A stretch of DNA of 64,000 nt from a bacterium. GTDB lineage: Bacteria > Fidelibacterota > Fidelibacteria > Fidelibacterales > Fidelibacteraceae. Position 1 is the stretch's first letter. Each line of letters opens with the position of its first letter. The stretch is taken from assembly GCA_963676395.1 (NCBI GenBank), contig OY781066.1, positions 1,472,001 to 1,536,000 on the forward strand, in the 5' to 3' direction. The notes under the pieces were generated by a model. That model saw only the letters and a list, made by a program, of their open reading frames with translations. It did no database searches and was not told where the DNA came from. Below are positions 10,229-20,685 of the stretch, piece by piece. The position numbers and the translations under genes were made by a program.

Positions 10229-12601
10229 GTGAAAAAGTATTTCAAACAGTTATTTGTATTATATCTCGCTGCATTATCGTTATCTTTTGCCGGAACGGTT
10301 TCGGGTTTTATTTCAAATTTCGAAGATGGAGAACCCATTCACTATGCTAACGTATTTCTTGAAAACACAAGGCTCGGAGCGGTATCCAATTCTGATGGTT
10401 ATTACATAATTCTAGATGTACCTGCGGGAGAATATACCCTGGTTGTATCTGTTATCGGTTATGAATTGCAAAAACGTCAGATCAAAGTGACCGCTAACGG
10501 GCGTGTTAAAGATCATTTTGAATTGGTCTCTCAACGTGTGGAATTAGAAGAAGTTATAGTAAGTGCTGAACGTGAGAAATTTAAGCAAGAAATTAAAATT
10601 GCCTCGGTTACAATGGATCAGGCCGCGTTAAGAACGGTCCCTGTGTTGGTTGAAGCTGATCTTTTTCGTGCATTACAGATGTTGCCTTCGGTCAGTAGCG
10701 GATCTGATTTTTCATCTGCACTTTATGTCCGCGGTGGATCTCCTGATCAAAATCTAATCCTTTTGGATGGAATAACAGTTTACAACCCCTATCACTTCGG
10801 TGGAATTTTTTCTACCTTTAATACAGATGCTATTAAAGAAGCAGAATTTATTGCCGGTGGTTTTCCCGCCGAATACGGTGGTCGCATGTCCTCCGTTCTT
10901 GATATCAAGAATCGCGAAGGTAACTCCGAAGAATTTCATGGTTCGGGAAATGTTTCGCTGCTTTCATCAAAGTTATTGCTTGAAGGACCTATCCCAAGAG
11001 GTTCGTTTATGATCTCCGGCAGGCGAACATACTTCGATGCTATTTTTGAGGCCGGCAAGCAGCTTTATAATTTAACTGTTCCTGAAGATTATGAAATACC
11101 CTTTTCTTTTCCTTACTATTTTTACGATCTACAAGGTAAGGTTAATGTTAATATCAATGAAGCACACAGAACAACTTTGTCGGGTTTTTTCGGTAGAGAT
11201 GTATTAAATATTTCCCAAAAAGTTCAGGAAGGAAATCCCGGAGAAGATGAATATTATTTAAGTTATTTTGGTATCGATTGGAAATGGGGAAATAATACAA
11301 CCTCATTAAAACATCGTTGGTTGATCCGTCCCGACCTTATTGCCAAGTTCTTTGTGGCTCGGTCTCGTTTTGATTTTGATGTAGATTTCCTAACAAAGAC
11401 TGAGCGTTATAGTATTACTCCGATCGATTCTACGACTTATGATACGACGGACTACAAAGAAAGTCAAAGCATCGAAATGAATGATTATATTCAAGATTGG
11501 TCTGAAGGTATTGATTTGACTTGGCTGATTAATAAGAAAAACACTTTAAAATTTGGATCATTTCACAAGAATATTGATTTTGAGTTGGGAGCAAGCTTTG
11601 GTGAGATAACCCTTCTTGACAGTAGTAATCATTCTCGTGAATGGGGATTTTATTTGCAAGAAAGATACAAACCCTCACCTCTGTTTATTTTTGAACCGGG
11701 TATCAGATTAACCCGATATGAGAATACCAAGAAGTGGTATCCGGATATTCGTTTTAAAGGAAAGTGGTTGGCTACCGATCAACTAGCACTTACGCTTGCC
11801 GGTGGTACTGTTCACCAATTTTTGCAAACGGCAAATTTCGAAAATGAAATGGTTCGATTTATTGATCTTTGGTTCCCCACCACATCCGAACAGCAACCCA
11901 GTAAAGCAACTCACTACAATGTGGGATTAGAATACTGGTTTGATAACATCCAATTTACTTTGGAAGCGTATTACAAAGATTACGATCATCTTTTAACCAT
12001 GGATGAAGACCTTGGTGGGGCTAATTTAATGACCTTTGTCGAAGCGGAAGGTTATTCTTTTGGCATTGAGTTTCTTGCTAAAAAATCAACGGGAGATTTA
12101 ACCGGATGGATCGGTTATTCGTATATGAATACGCGTAAGCGTGAAAGTGAAGCAGCCGGATGGTATGCACCAAAATACGATCGTACGCATAATTTGAATA
12201 TTGTGGCAAATTATGATATAGATAAACGCTGGTTTTTCTCTTCTTCTTTGGTTTGGAGTACCGGGAATCCTTATTCTCAGATCTTGGGTAAATTTCATTA
12301 TGTGGATCCTATCAATAATTGGACGAGAAGTATGGAGATCTATGGTGAACGGAACGGTGAAAGATATCCAGCGTATTTTAGATTGGATGTAGGTATCAAC
12401 CGTCGTGGTAAGATCTTTGGTCAAAAAGCCACCTATTATTTTCATATCATGAATGTAACAAATCACAAGAACATATTCTTTTATCGTTACGAAGATTGGG
12501 ATTCGGAGTTTGACCCCGAAACCGGTACATCGGTTATTCGAAGACAGCCGATCACGATGTTCCCGATCTTACCAACTTTTGGCGTGGAGTTTGAATTCTA
12601 A
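10229..12601 (+). CDS. TonB-dependent receptor with N-terminal carboxypeptidase-regulatory-like domain
   Basis: GEPIHYANV N-domain, plug VRGGSPDQNLILLDG, GGFPAEYGGRMSSVLDI, C-terminal FGVEFEF. Confidence 0.9.
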   Translation: MKKYFKQLFVLYLAALSLSFAGTVSGFISNFEDGEPIHYANVFLENTRLGAVSNSDGYYIILDVPAGEYTLVVSVIGYELQKRQIKVTANGRVKDHFELVSQRVELEEVIVSAEREKFKQEIKIASVTMDQAALRTVPVLVEADLFRALQMLPSVSSGSDFSSALYVRGGSPDQNLILLDGITVYNPYHFGGIFSTFNTDAIKEAEFIAGGFPAEYGGRMSSVLDIKNREGNSEEFHGSGNVSLLSSKLLLEGPIPRGSFMISGRRTYFDAIFEAGKQLYNLTVPEDYEIPFSFPYYFYDLQGKVNVNINEAHRTTLSGFFGRDVLNISQKVQEGNPGEDEYYLSYFGIDWKWGNNTTSLKHRWLIRPDLIAKFFVARSRFDFDVDFLTKTERYSITPIDSTTYDTTDYKESQSIEMNDYIQDWSEGIDLTWLINKKNTLKFGSFHKNIDFELGASFGEITLLDSSNHSREWGFYLQERYKPSPLFIFEPGIRLTRYENTKKWYPDIRFKGKWLATDQLALTLAGGTVHQFLQTANFENEMVRFIDLWFPTTSEQQPSKATHYNVGLEYWFDNIQFTLEAYYKDYDHLLTMDEDLGGANLMTFVEAEGYSFGIEFLAKKSTGDLTGWIGYSYMNTRKRESEAAGWYAPKYDRTHNLNIVANYDIDKRWFFSSSLVWSTGNPYSQILGKFHYVDPINNWTRSMEIYGERNGERYPAYFRLDVGINRRGKIFGQKATYYFHIMNVTNHKNIFFYRYEDWDSEFDPETGTSVIRRQPITMFPILPTFGVEFEF

Positions 12602-13536
12602 TGAAAAAATCAATTTTAATTTTTAGTATAGCCTTGGCTTTGTTTTCGGTCTTTTCTTGTTCCAAATTCGAAAACGTCACCATTTATCACACTCCGTATT
12701 TAAATGTATTTGCAAATGTTACGTCGGGAGGATCCGATAGTAATTTCGTGTATGTCATGCGTACTACAGGTTATGGTGAGCCGGATAGTTATGAATTAGA
12801 CAGTATACTTTATCATGAATTTTATAATGAATCTTCCGGTGATACGATTCGCTATCAAACATTCTATATTGATACGGTTTACGCTATCAATGATGCTAAG
12901 GTATGGTTTATACACAATGGTGACAGTATAGAGTTTTACGAAGCATCTCAAGGATATTATTTAATGGTCGACAGTAATGTGAACATTGTTGTTGGGGATG
13001 AATATGAGCTGCTTGTTGAAACTGAAGAATTTGGCACAGCCAGGGCGACAGAGGAAGCTCTTGAGCCGATTTCCTGGACCAACCCGGCCGAAATTCAGGA
13101 TACGATTTGGATATCAATTTCCGAGCCTTTGGCAGATACGATTTCCTGGACCGATCTGGGTGGTGCCTACGGTTTGCTTTTTACCAAAACTTATGATTAC
13201 GGTGGGGGATCATGGGAGTATTTATTTGAACAGATTGAACTAAGAAATGCTTTTTGGACGTATGACTCAAGCAATTACGATCAATTGTTCAATGTCGACC
13301 CATTTAAAGAATATCTATATAGTGAATGGGAAGCAGACACACTTGAATTAACGGCAAGAGTGATTGCTTTTTCTGAATCATATTTAAATTATAGAAGTTT
13401 GGAACAAATGGTGTTGACCACTGGATTTATTCGCTATCCAACGATCAATGATTTTAGAGTGAATATTGATAATGCATTAGGTGCATTTACCTCATATTCG
13501 GTTTCTGATACTAGGACGGTAATGTTTACAAAGTAA
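12601..13536 (+). CDS. DUF4249-like lipoprotein partner of the TonB receptor
   Basis: Lipobox VFSC, INDAKV, C-terminal NIDNALGAF. Start overlaps the receptor stop. Confidence 0.7.
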   Translation: MKKSILIFSIALALFSVFSCSKFENVTIYHTPYLNVFANVTSGGSDSNFVYVMRTTGYGEPDSYELDSILYHEFYNESSGDTIRYQTFYIDTVYAINDAKVWFIHNGDSIEFYEASQGYYLMVDSNVNIVVGDEYELLVETEEFGTARATEEALEPISWTNPAEIQDTIWISISEPLADTISWTDLGGAYGLLFTKTYDYGGGSWEYLFEQIELRNAFWTYDSSNYDQLFNVDPFKEYLYSEWEADTLELTARVIAFSESYLNYRSLEQMVLTTGFIRYPTINDFRVNIDNALGAFTSYSVSDTRTVMFTK

Positions 13537-13560
13537 GTTGAAAGATTATTTAATAGTATT

Positions 13561-13592
13561 CAATAGCCCCGGATTTTAACCCGGGGCTATTG
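13561..13592. terminator. Bidirectional terminator between convergent genes
   Basis: Perfect 12-bp stem CAATAGCCCCGG / CCGGGGCTATTG with an 8-nt loop. Confidence 0.8.
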
Positions 13593-13635
13593 TTATATTG
13601 GTATCTTTTTTTAAGCTCAAGCTTATTGATATACT

Positions 13636-15828
13636 TTATTTGATGTAAACCATCTTCTTTGTATCAACCCAATCATTTGTGTTTATACGATAAAAATACA
13701 CACCAGTTGGTAAACGATTTGAAGAGAAGTTTACACTATAAGATCCCGCTTCTTGATAGCCCGTGAAAATATTTGTAATAAGATTTCCCGTGACATCGTA
13801 AATGTTAATACTGACATCGCTGGCACCGGAGATATCATAAGTGATAGTCGTATTTGGATTAAATGGATTTGGGTAATTTTGATATAGCTTATACTTTGAT
13901 GGTAAATTATCTGGATCGTCATCCGAAATTGTCGAAAGATCGCACGTCCCAAGCATATTATCGTCCAGCCATGTTAAACGTGAATTTAACCATGATTTAA
14001 GATAGTTAATTTCTTCGGCATAAGTTTGACCTACATATTTATTGGGATAAACATAAGTGCCGAGAATTGGCCATTTTGTAAAATTTCTTTTTTGGGCATC
14101 TTCAAGGAGTGCCGCTTGGGCATCAATAAATGCAAGTAGATTGCTTGTGCTTAAATTGTTTTGTCTTAAAGTTTTCCATTGGCATGCGATTTTGTTTTGG
14201 ATTTCCGGTTCTTCGGATATATCATATATCCAGGATGGTCTTAAATATGGCAGATCCGCCCAGATATATGACCAACCTGTAGGTCCGCAATCTTGAGTAA
14301 AATCATAGTTGCCAAAGGCCAGGTTAAGATCCCAAAGTGGACCAAAATGAATTTTTCCAATATCCCCGTCTTCATCGTCTTTTGTTTTGTACATGTAAAA
14401 GCTGAACTTATAATTGTCAATGTGTTTGAATATCTCATTTGCGATCCAATAGTTAACAAATGAAGGGAGATGAATATAATCTTTGTATTCTGCTAAAGAG
14501 CTTGCATTATCTACCAAATTTTCGAATTGAGTGATATGATTAATGAGATAGTTTTTTTGTTCGGGGCCGATATCATCATAAGCAGGATATCTAAAACGAT
14601 AAAAAGGTTTATTGTTATAAGGTGATTTCCAACCTTTTCCCACTTCTTCCCGTTCTACAGAAAAGATATATCCTCCGGTTAATTCTATTCCCTCTGTATC
14701 TGAACTTTTTAACTTGGCAATATCGACACGGTTTGAATCCCGTTTGATCTTTTCCATTAGGACATACACGCCGAGGTACTCATTATTGATATAAAGCTCA
14801 CACCACTTGGTCCGCGGAGTATAATCACCTGTTTGCGCACCAATGTGCATGGCCAGAACATTACGCATTAAACTTTTATCGGAGTATGGTGCGTAAAGAA
14901 CCCAATCATTTTCAGGGGGTAAACCAAGAAGAGATACATTATTATTTGATCCGTCTTCAAGACGGGTTTCGAAACCATAGCTTTTCTTTGGAAAATCTTG
15001 TGAAGAGCTACCTCGTATTTCTATACCTATTTTACCGTCGTAGCCATTATGGGGATCGGTAATATAATTAAGATTTCCACTGCCATTATCAATAATACCA
15101 AGGTTTGCGGCGATCTTAGGCTCTGAGATGATGTTTTGTCCACCTGTATTAATGCTTAAGATAGGTAAGTTGGATGACGCAACCGGGTTTTCAAACCAGG
15201 AAGGAAGTGTTTGATAATTGTTAGAATCATCTGTTATACCGGCCGTTAAAAATATTAAAGATGAAAGATCTGATGATTGACTGCTGTTATTGTGAACTTG
15301 TATAGCAAGGGTATTATTACCATTGTTGAGCAAGCTTCTGTCAACAAGAAAAACATCGGGGATACCACCTCGGTATAGTTTTGCTTCACGTTGTTCATAT
15401 GTTGATTCATCATACGTAGGACGGATTCCTACGGTACCAATATTGGAACGACAGATTTCAACGCCATTAAGATAAGCCACAAAGGCATCATCGTAATCAG
15501 CATGAAGATAGAGTGCTGCGATGCTAGAGGTGTTAACAATATTGAATTCTTTGCGTAAATAAACAGAATAAGCCGACTCAATAACCGTTGCATCGTCATC
15601 GTCACCATAACCGATGCCACCCGGTCCGGTAGGCCAAGCGTTATCATTAAAGCCGTGTTGATACCAATTCGAAGGCGGTTCGGAATTTCCCACGAAATAA
15701 TTCCATGTATTTTCAGCAAGAATGATTGCCTCCCAATGGTCAATTGATTGACCATTGAGGGAAAATGGAGTAAAGAAGATTAATAAAACAATAATGAGGG
15801 AAAGTCCAATAGGTTGCCTGGCTTCCAT
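13636..15828 (-). CDS. Secreted CotH kinase family protein with N-terminal galactose-binding-like domain and C-terminal T9SS/FlgD-Ig domain (copy 2)
   Basis: RGSSSQDFPKKSY, DKSLMRN, GVYVLMEKI, GPLWDLNLAFGN; C-terminal QNYPNPFNP...GVYFYR...KKMVYIK. Confidence 0.9.
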   Translation of the reverse strand: MEARQPIGLSLIIVLLIFFTPFSLNGQSIDHWEAIILAENTWNYFVGNSEPPSNWYQHGFNDNAWPTGPGGIGYGDDDDATVIESAYSVYLRKEFNIVNTSSIAALYLHADYDDAFVAYLNGVEICRSNIGTVGIRPTYDESTYEQREAKLYRGGIPDVFLVDRSLLNNGNNTLAIQVHNNSSQSSDLSSLIFLTAGITDDSNNYQTLPSWFENPVASSNLPILSINTGGQNIISEPKIAANLGIIDNGSGNLNYITDPHNGYDGKIGIEIRGSSSQDFPKKSYGFETRLEDGSNNNVSLLGLPPENDWVLYAPYSDKSLMRNVLAMHIGAQTGDYTPRTKWCELYINNEYLGVYVLMEKIKRDSNRVDIAKLKSSDTEGIELTGGYIFSVEREEVGKGWKSPYNNKPFYRFRYPAYDDIGPEQKNYLINHITQFENLVDNASSLAEYKDYIHLPSFVNYWIANEIFKHIDNYKFSFYMYKTKDDEDGDIGKIHFGPLWDLNLAFGNYDFTQDCGPTGWSYIWADLPYLRPSWIYDISEEPEIQNKIACQWKTLRQNNLSTSNLLAFIDAQAALLEDAQKRNFTKWPILGTYVYPNKYVGQTYAEEINYLKSWLNSRLTWLDDNMLGTCDLSTISDDDPDNLPSKYKLYQNYPNPFNPNTTITYDISGASDVSINIYDVTGNLITNIFTGYQEAGSYSVNFSSNRLPTGVYFYRINTNDWVDTKKMVYIK

Positions 15829-15913
15829 TAAATATCCTTTCTAAATGAGCATTGTTTATATATTAAATATTATCAAGTTCTGTGCGTGGCTTGTGTGAGT
15901 TGCCGAAACATAT

Positions 15914-18100
15914 CTATTTAATATATACCATTTTCCTTGAATCCATCCATTCGTTTGTGGTTAAGCGATAGATATACATGCCGGAAGTTAAATAGTTTAA
16001 ATTGAGATCAAAGCTGTAGCTTCCGGCTTCTTGATCACCGTTATATATGTTGAATATCTTATTACCCTTGAGGTCATATATATCAAGACTAACATTGGTT
16101 GTAGCCGGTATATCATATGAAATTTTCGTAGTGGGATTGAAGGGATTTGGATAATTTTGATATAATTTGTAATTCTGTGGCAGTTGCGCTGAATGCTCAT
16201 CGTCTGTTGCTATACTGGAAACGCCACATTTACCGACCATGTTTTCATCCATCCAGTCTAAGCGATTGCTTAACCATGTTTTTAGATATTGGATCTCTTC
16301 CTGATAGGTGTCACCTACAAATGCGTTCGGCCATATATTTGTACCCAGAATAGGCCATCTGTTAAAGTTTCTTGCTTGAGCTTCTTCAAGTAAAATAGCT
16401 TGATTATCAATAAAACTGAGTAAATTATCGGTTCTTAGGACATCTTGTCTTAATTCGCGCCATCTGCAATGAATTTGATTTTGGATTAGAGTATCCGCAG
16501 ATAGGTCATCTATGATCCACGGAGATAAATAGGGTCGTCTTGCCCAAATATAAGACCATCCTTCGGGTTCGTATCCATCTACGTCATAGTTCCCATATGC
16601 AAGGTCAAGATCCCAGATCGGTCCAAAATGTAATTTCCCTCCCTTGTCATCTTTTGTTTTATGCATAAAGAAGCTGAACTTATAATTATCCAGATTTTTA
16701 AATATCTCTGTTGCTATCCAATAGTTGACGAAAGAAGGAATATCAAAGAATTGACTATATGCTTCAGAAGAGCTTGAGTAATGAATTAGCTGTTCAAGTT
16801 GTCCTATATGGTTTTGTATGTAAGCTTTTTGTTGATCCGTAATTTCATCATTCTTGGGATATCGATACTGATAGAAAGGGTTATAATAATTTGGTGATTG
16901 CCAACCTGATCCGGGCCCTTCATCTCTATCTATGGAAATAATATACCCTCCGGTCAGATCAACGCCACTGGTGTCGGTCTCATCAAGTTTAGAAATATCA
17001 ACACGATTTTTGTCTCGCTTGATCTTCTCGGTCAGTACATAAACACCCCGATAATCACCATTGATATAAAGTTCGCACCATCTGGTACGAGCTGCATATT
17101 CACCGGTTAAGCGACCAATATGATATGATAGAACATTTCTCATCAAGCTTTTATCTGAATAGGGCCCATGAAGCACCCAATCGTTTTCTTCGGGTAGACC
17201 TAATAGAGAAACATTATTGTTCGAACCATCCTCCGAGCGGGTTTCGAAACCATAGTTCTTTTTAGGGAATTGTTGTGAAGAGTGGCCCCTTACCTCAATG
17301 CCGATCTCACCGTTGTAGCCATTTGCCGAATCCGTTAAGAAATTTATATTTCCCACTCCATTGTCAATAATTTTGAGTGTTGCGGTGATTTTGGGTTCAT
17401 CCTGTATTTCCTGGCCATTTGTATTGACAATTAAGATCGGTAAATTTGATGATTCTGTAGGGGTTTCAAACCAATCCGGTAAAGCTTGGTAATTGTAAGA
17501 ACCATCTTGAACACCGGCGAATAAAAACATCAAGGAGGACAAGTCAGAAGAATTGCTACTATTATTATTAACTTGAACGGCCAGGAGATTACTTCCATTC
17601 CGGAAGTGGCTTTTATCTATCAAGAAAGATTCCGGCGTCATACCCCTGTATAATCTTGCTTCACGTTGTTCATAAGTAGATGCATCAAATGTGGGGGGTA
17701 CTCCAATGGTACCAATGTTGGCACGACATATTTCAACACCGTTCAGGTATGCAACAAAAGCATCATCATAGTCGGCAAAAAAATAAATAAGAGAGAGCAT
17801 TGATGAATCAATAACATTAAACTCTTTTCGTAAATAAATCGAATAAGTTGAATCAATAATGGTAGCATCATCATTATCACCGTAACCTATTCCACCCGGT
17901 CCGCTAAGCCATAGGGCATCATTAAAATCCGATTGAAACCAATTTAAGGGTGGCTCGGAATTTCCGATCCGGAATTTCCAGGTGTTTTCTGCAAGAACAA
18001 GTGCTTCCCAGTGGTCAATTGATTGACTTCTTCCAGATAAGGGAAAAAGAAGGATCAAGAAGACAATGACTGCCGGTTTGATGTGTTTTTTTAATGTCAT
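15914..18100 (-). CDS. Secreted CotH kinase family protein, tandem paralog (copy 1)
   Basis: RGHSSQQFPKKNY, DKSLMRN, GPIWDLDLAYGN; C-terminal QNYPNPFNP. Colinear with 13636..15828 along its full length. Confidence 0.9.
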   Translation of the reverse strand: MTLKKHIKPAVIVFLILLFPLSGRSQSIDHWEALVLAENTWKFRIGNSEPPLNWFQSDFNDALWLSGPGGIGYGDNDDATIIDSTYSIYLRKEFNVIDSSMLSLIYFFADYDDAFVAYLNGVEICRANIGTIGVPPTFDASTYEQREARLYRGMTPESFLIDKSHFRNGSNLLAVQVNNNSSNSSDLSSLMFLFAGVQDGSYNYQALPDWFETPTESSNLPILIVNTNGQEIQDEPKITATLKIIDNGVGNINFLTDSANGYNGEIGIEVRGHSSQQFPKKNYGFETRSEDGSNNNVSLLGLPEENDWVLHGPYSDKSLMRNVLSYHIGRLTGEYAARTRWCELYINGDYRGVYVLTEKIKRDKNRVDISKLDETDTSGVDLTGGYIISIDRDEGPGSGWQSPNYYNPFYQYRYPKNDEITDQQKAYIQNHIGQLEQLIHYSSSSEAYSQFFDIPSFVNYWIATEIFKNLDNYKFSFFMHKTKDDKGGKLHFGPIWDLDLAYGNYDVDGYEPEGWSYIWARRPYLSPWIIDDLSADTLIQNQIHCRWRELRQDVLRTDNLLSFIDNQAILLEEAQARNFNRWPILGTNIWPNAFVGDTYQEEIQYLKTWLSNRLDWMDENMVGKCGVSSIATDDEHSAQLPQNYKLYQNYPNPFNPTTKISYDIPATTNVSLDIYDLKGNKIFNIYNGDQEAGSYSFDLNLNYLTSGMYIYRLTTNEWMDSRKMVYIK

Positions 18101-18256
18101 AAAGTAGTCGTTCTCCAGAATTAGTTATCCTCAAAAAATGAGAGCTTTTTAAGATAAATGCAAGAATTAATATTAGGTGATTACCCAATATTAAAGCGTG
18201 ATAAACTCTAGATGATAGATGTTTTGATGACAATTATGATATCACATATTTCTCAA

Positions 18257-18489
18257 TTAGATATAATTAAAATCGAAGATCGCAATATGTGTTAATAAAT
18301 TAAAATCTATGGTGGGTTTCACATTGCTCAACATCCATCCGGGAAAAATCCGAAAACAATATGATCCGGTTCCGGATCTTTGGAGACACGTTTCTGTAAT
18401 GGGATTATGTTTACCGGAGCTTGATATTTGGTAAGTTTTTCCTGGTAACGTTTTTGGTAATATTTTTGTGCATCATCCTGAATTATGCC
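18257..18489 (-). pseudogene. Frameshifted, truncated remnant of a GH18 paralog N-terminus
   Basis: Manual translation IIPLQKRVSKDPEPDHIVFGFFP / frameshift / WMLSNVKPTIDFNLLTHIAIFDFNYI* aligns with VNPLQPR...SHTVFGYLPDW...YDLLSHIALFDF of the adjacent GH18. Confidence 0.75.
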
Positions 18490-18613
18490 TTATTCAATAT
18501 ACCTGTATAGAAAATGTAATACTCATGTTGTTTAATTCGTGAGTACATGTGCTTTGTATACAATAAACTTGATTGAGTGTGTGCATGTAGGAAGTGTCGG
18601 TGAATATTTATTA

Positions 18614-20635
18614 TTATTTAATCAACAACATCTTTGTCGATCCGGCAAAGGTTCCGTTCACATTTAATACGGCAATATACATACCGGCTGAAAAGTTAGA
18701 TGCATTCCAAAGTAGTTGATGATTCCCGGCTGAAATCGTTTCATTTATTAAATGATCAACGATCCGTCCTTTTATATCATACACCTTAAGGTCTACATCG
18801 CTCATATTGGATAGTTGAAAGTTGATCGTTGTATGGGGGTTGAAGGGGTTAGGATAATTGGGAAAGAGAACATGAGTTTCAGGGATTTCTAAAGTAGCTA
18901 CTGAGATAGGATCATTGATCTTTATAGCTTTTATGTCATCAAGGTAGATAATCTTATCTGCACTTTGTTGGCCGGATTGAAACATCAGAGCATCGAGGGT
19001 GACCTCTTTATTGTCGATGGAGCCATTTCCATTATAATATGATGTCCACAATTCACATGAATCTAATCTTACGGAGTATTCATGCCATTGTCCATCTCCA
19101 TACAAAGGAATAAGAATTGAACTTTCCAGTTCGTTACCGTCATCTATCATAACAGAGGCATAAATACCGTTTTCAGATGTCTTGCAGCTAAAGAAAAGCT
19201 CTCGTTCTCTTGGGAATAGGGTATTGTTAGAAACAATACCGCCCCCTGAAAGCAATCTTACTTTCCAATTTTCAGTGGACTCGGAATCATCCTTTAGAAC
19301 GATCTTTAAGCAACTATCACCATCTGATACATTTAAACCGGTAATCTCAATATAGGAGTCACTGGATATACCTTTTGAGGAACCGCTATAGCCGGGATTA
19401 CGGTAAAAATGTCCTTTGCCGTTTTCGAAATCATCAAGAATCAAACTGTCATTCATGATTAGGAAATTTTCTCGTAGCTTATCCCATAATTCAGGACGAT
19501 TTTCATCGTAACCCAAGGCCCACATACCGGTGCCCATTAATCCAAATTCATAAACTAACTCCTCTTTGGCATCTAGTGCCATTGCATCATTACACCAAGC
19601 TTGATACCAAGTATTGCCACTACTGTAATAAGTCCAGGTGTCTTCATATTTTGAAGATCTGTGTTTCCCATGTGTGTTAAATAGCGCCATTGTTGATGCA
19701 TAGATGGCTGAGGAACCACTTTCAAGCGTAGAAGCCCCAACCTGAGAGCGTTGTGAGGAAGATACTTTCCATTTGTTTCCATAATAAGGTAATCCGAGGA
19801 TCAATTTTGATTTATCACAAGCGCCATAACCTTTATCTTGGTTTACTATGGTTTGAACAAGATTGTTGCTGGATCCTGTAATTGGTGCGCATGGACCTGT
19901 TGTAGAGGCGCCGTTCCACCAGTAGGCGTAACCCATGATAAATACGTAATCGCAGGCATCAACCAGGCCGGGTAGATCCCAGCCGCTCCAGTTTACCGCA
20001 GGTCCTGCAAAAGATATCTCTTGTTCGGGACCAACATGGGTTTTTATATAGTCGCTGAGCTCACGCATAAATTTATTCATTGGAGCTCCACGGTCGGAGG
20101 TTTTGGGACCTTCAAAATCAATATTAACACCATCAAGATTATAGTTTTTGATAATTGTCGCAACATTTTCATAAAAGTTATAAGAAGCCGTACTGTCGTG
20201 GATTATAGCATTGATATCATCGTCATTGAACTCAACTACACACATGATCAATTTTACACCATTAGCGTGAGCTGTATTCATCATTGTGGTCCAATCATTC
20301 GGCCAGCCGGCAGGATAACCTGAAATGTTACCGGAGGTCGAAACGGTAAAATCAAACAAGGCAATATGAGATAGCAGATCATACTGAAAATACTGGGGTG
20401 CTGAATTTCGTTTCCAGTCGGGCAAATAGCCAAACACCGTATGTGAGAGGTAGATGCCGGAACTGTCCCGCGGCTGAAGCGGATTTACGCTTGTTACAGT
20501 ATTCTTACTAAGGAAAACATGTTCGTCATTTAGATGTTCTTCCCACTCTGATTGATGGATGCTTTTAAAATTATCCTGTGAAAATAGTGAAAAGCTCATG
20601 CTTATGGCTAACAGACTTAAGAGTAGATTTTTCAT
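18614..20635 (-). CDS. Glycoside hydrolase family 18 (chitobiase-like) with C-terminal T9SS/FlgD-Ig domain
   Basis: Catalytic LDGVNIDFE, FIMGY, LILGLPYYG, GMWALGYD; C-terminal NYPNPFNP...KMLLIK. Confidence 0.88.
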   Translation of the reverse strand: MKNLLLSLLAISMSFSLFSQDNFKSIHQSEWEEHLNDEHVFLSKNTVTSVNPLQPRDSSGIYLSHTVFGYLPDWKRNSAPQYFQYDLLSHIALFDFTVSTSGNISGYPAGWPNDWTTMMNTAHANGVKLIMCVVEFNDDDINAIIHDSTASYNFYENVATIIKNYNLDGVNIDFEGPKTSDRGAPMNKFMRELSDYIKTHVGPEQEISFAGPAVNWSGWDLPGLVDACDYVFIMGYAYWWNGASTTGPCAPITGSSNNLVQTIVNQDKGYGACDKSKLILGLPYYGNKWKVSSSQRSQVGASTLESGSSAIYASTMALFNTHGKHRSSKYEDTWTYYSSGNTWYQAWCNDAMALDAKEELVYEFGLMGTGMWALGYDENRPELWDKLRENFLIMNDSLILDDFENGKGHFYRNPGYSGSSKGISSDSYIEITGLNVSDGDSCLKIVLKDDSESTENWKVRLLSGGGIVSNNTLFPRERELFFSCKTSENGIYASVMIDDGNELESSILIPLYGDGQWHEYSVRLDSCELWTSYYNGNGSIDNKEVTLDALMFQSGQQSADKIIYLDDIKAIKINDPISVATLEIPETHVLFPNYPNPFNPHTTINFQLSNMSDVDLKVYDIKGRIVDHLINETISAGNHQLLWNASNFSAGMYIAVLNVNGTFAGSTKMLLIK

Positions 20636-20685
20636 GCCGACCTTAGTAATATGGTATTTATGGTTAGAGATGTGTTTTCGTTACA

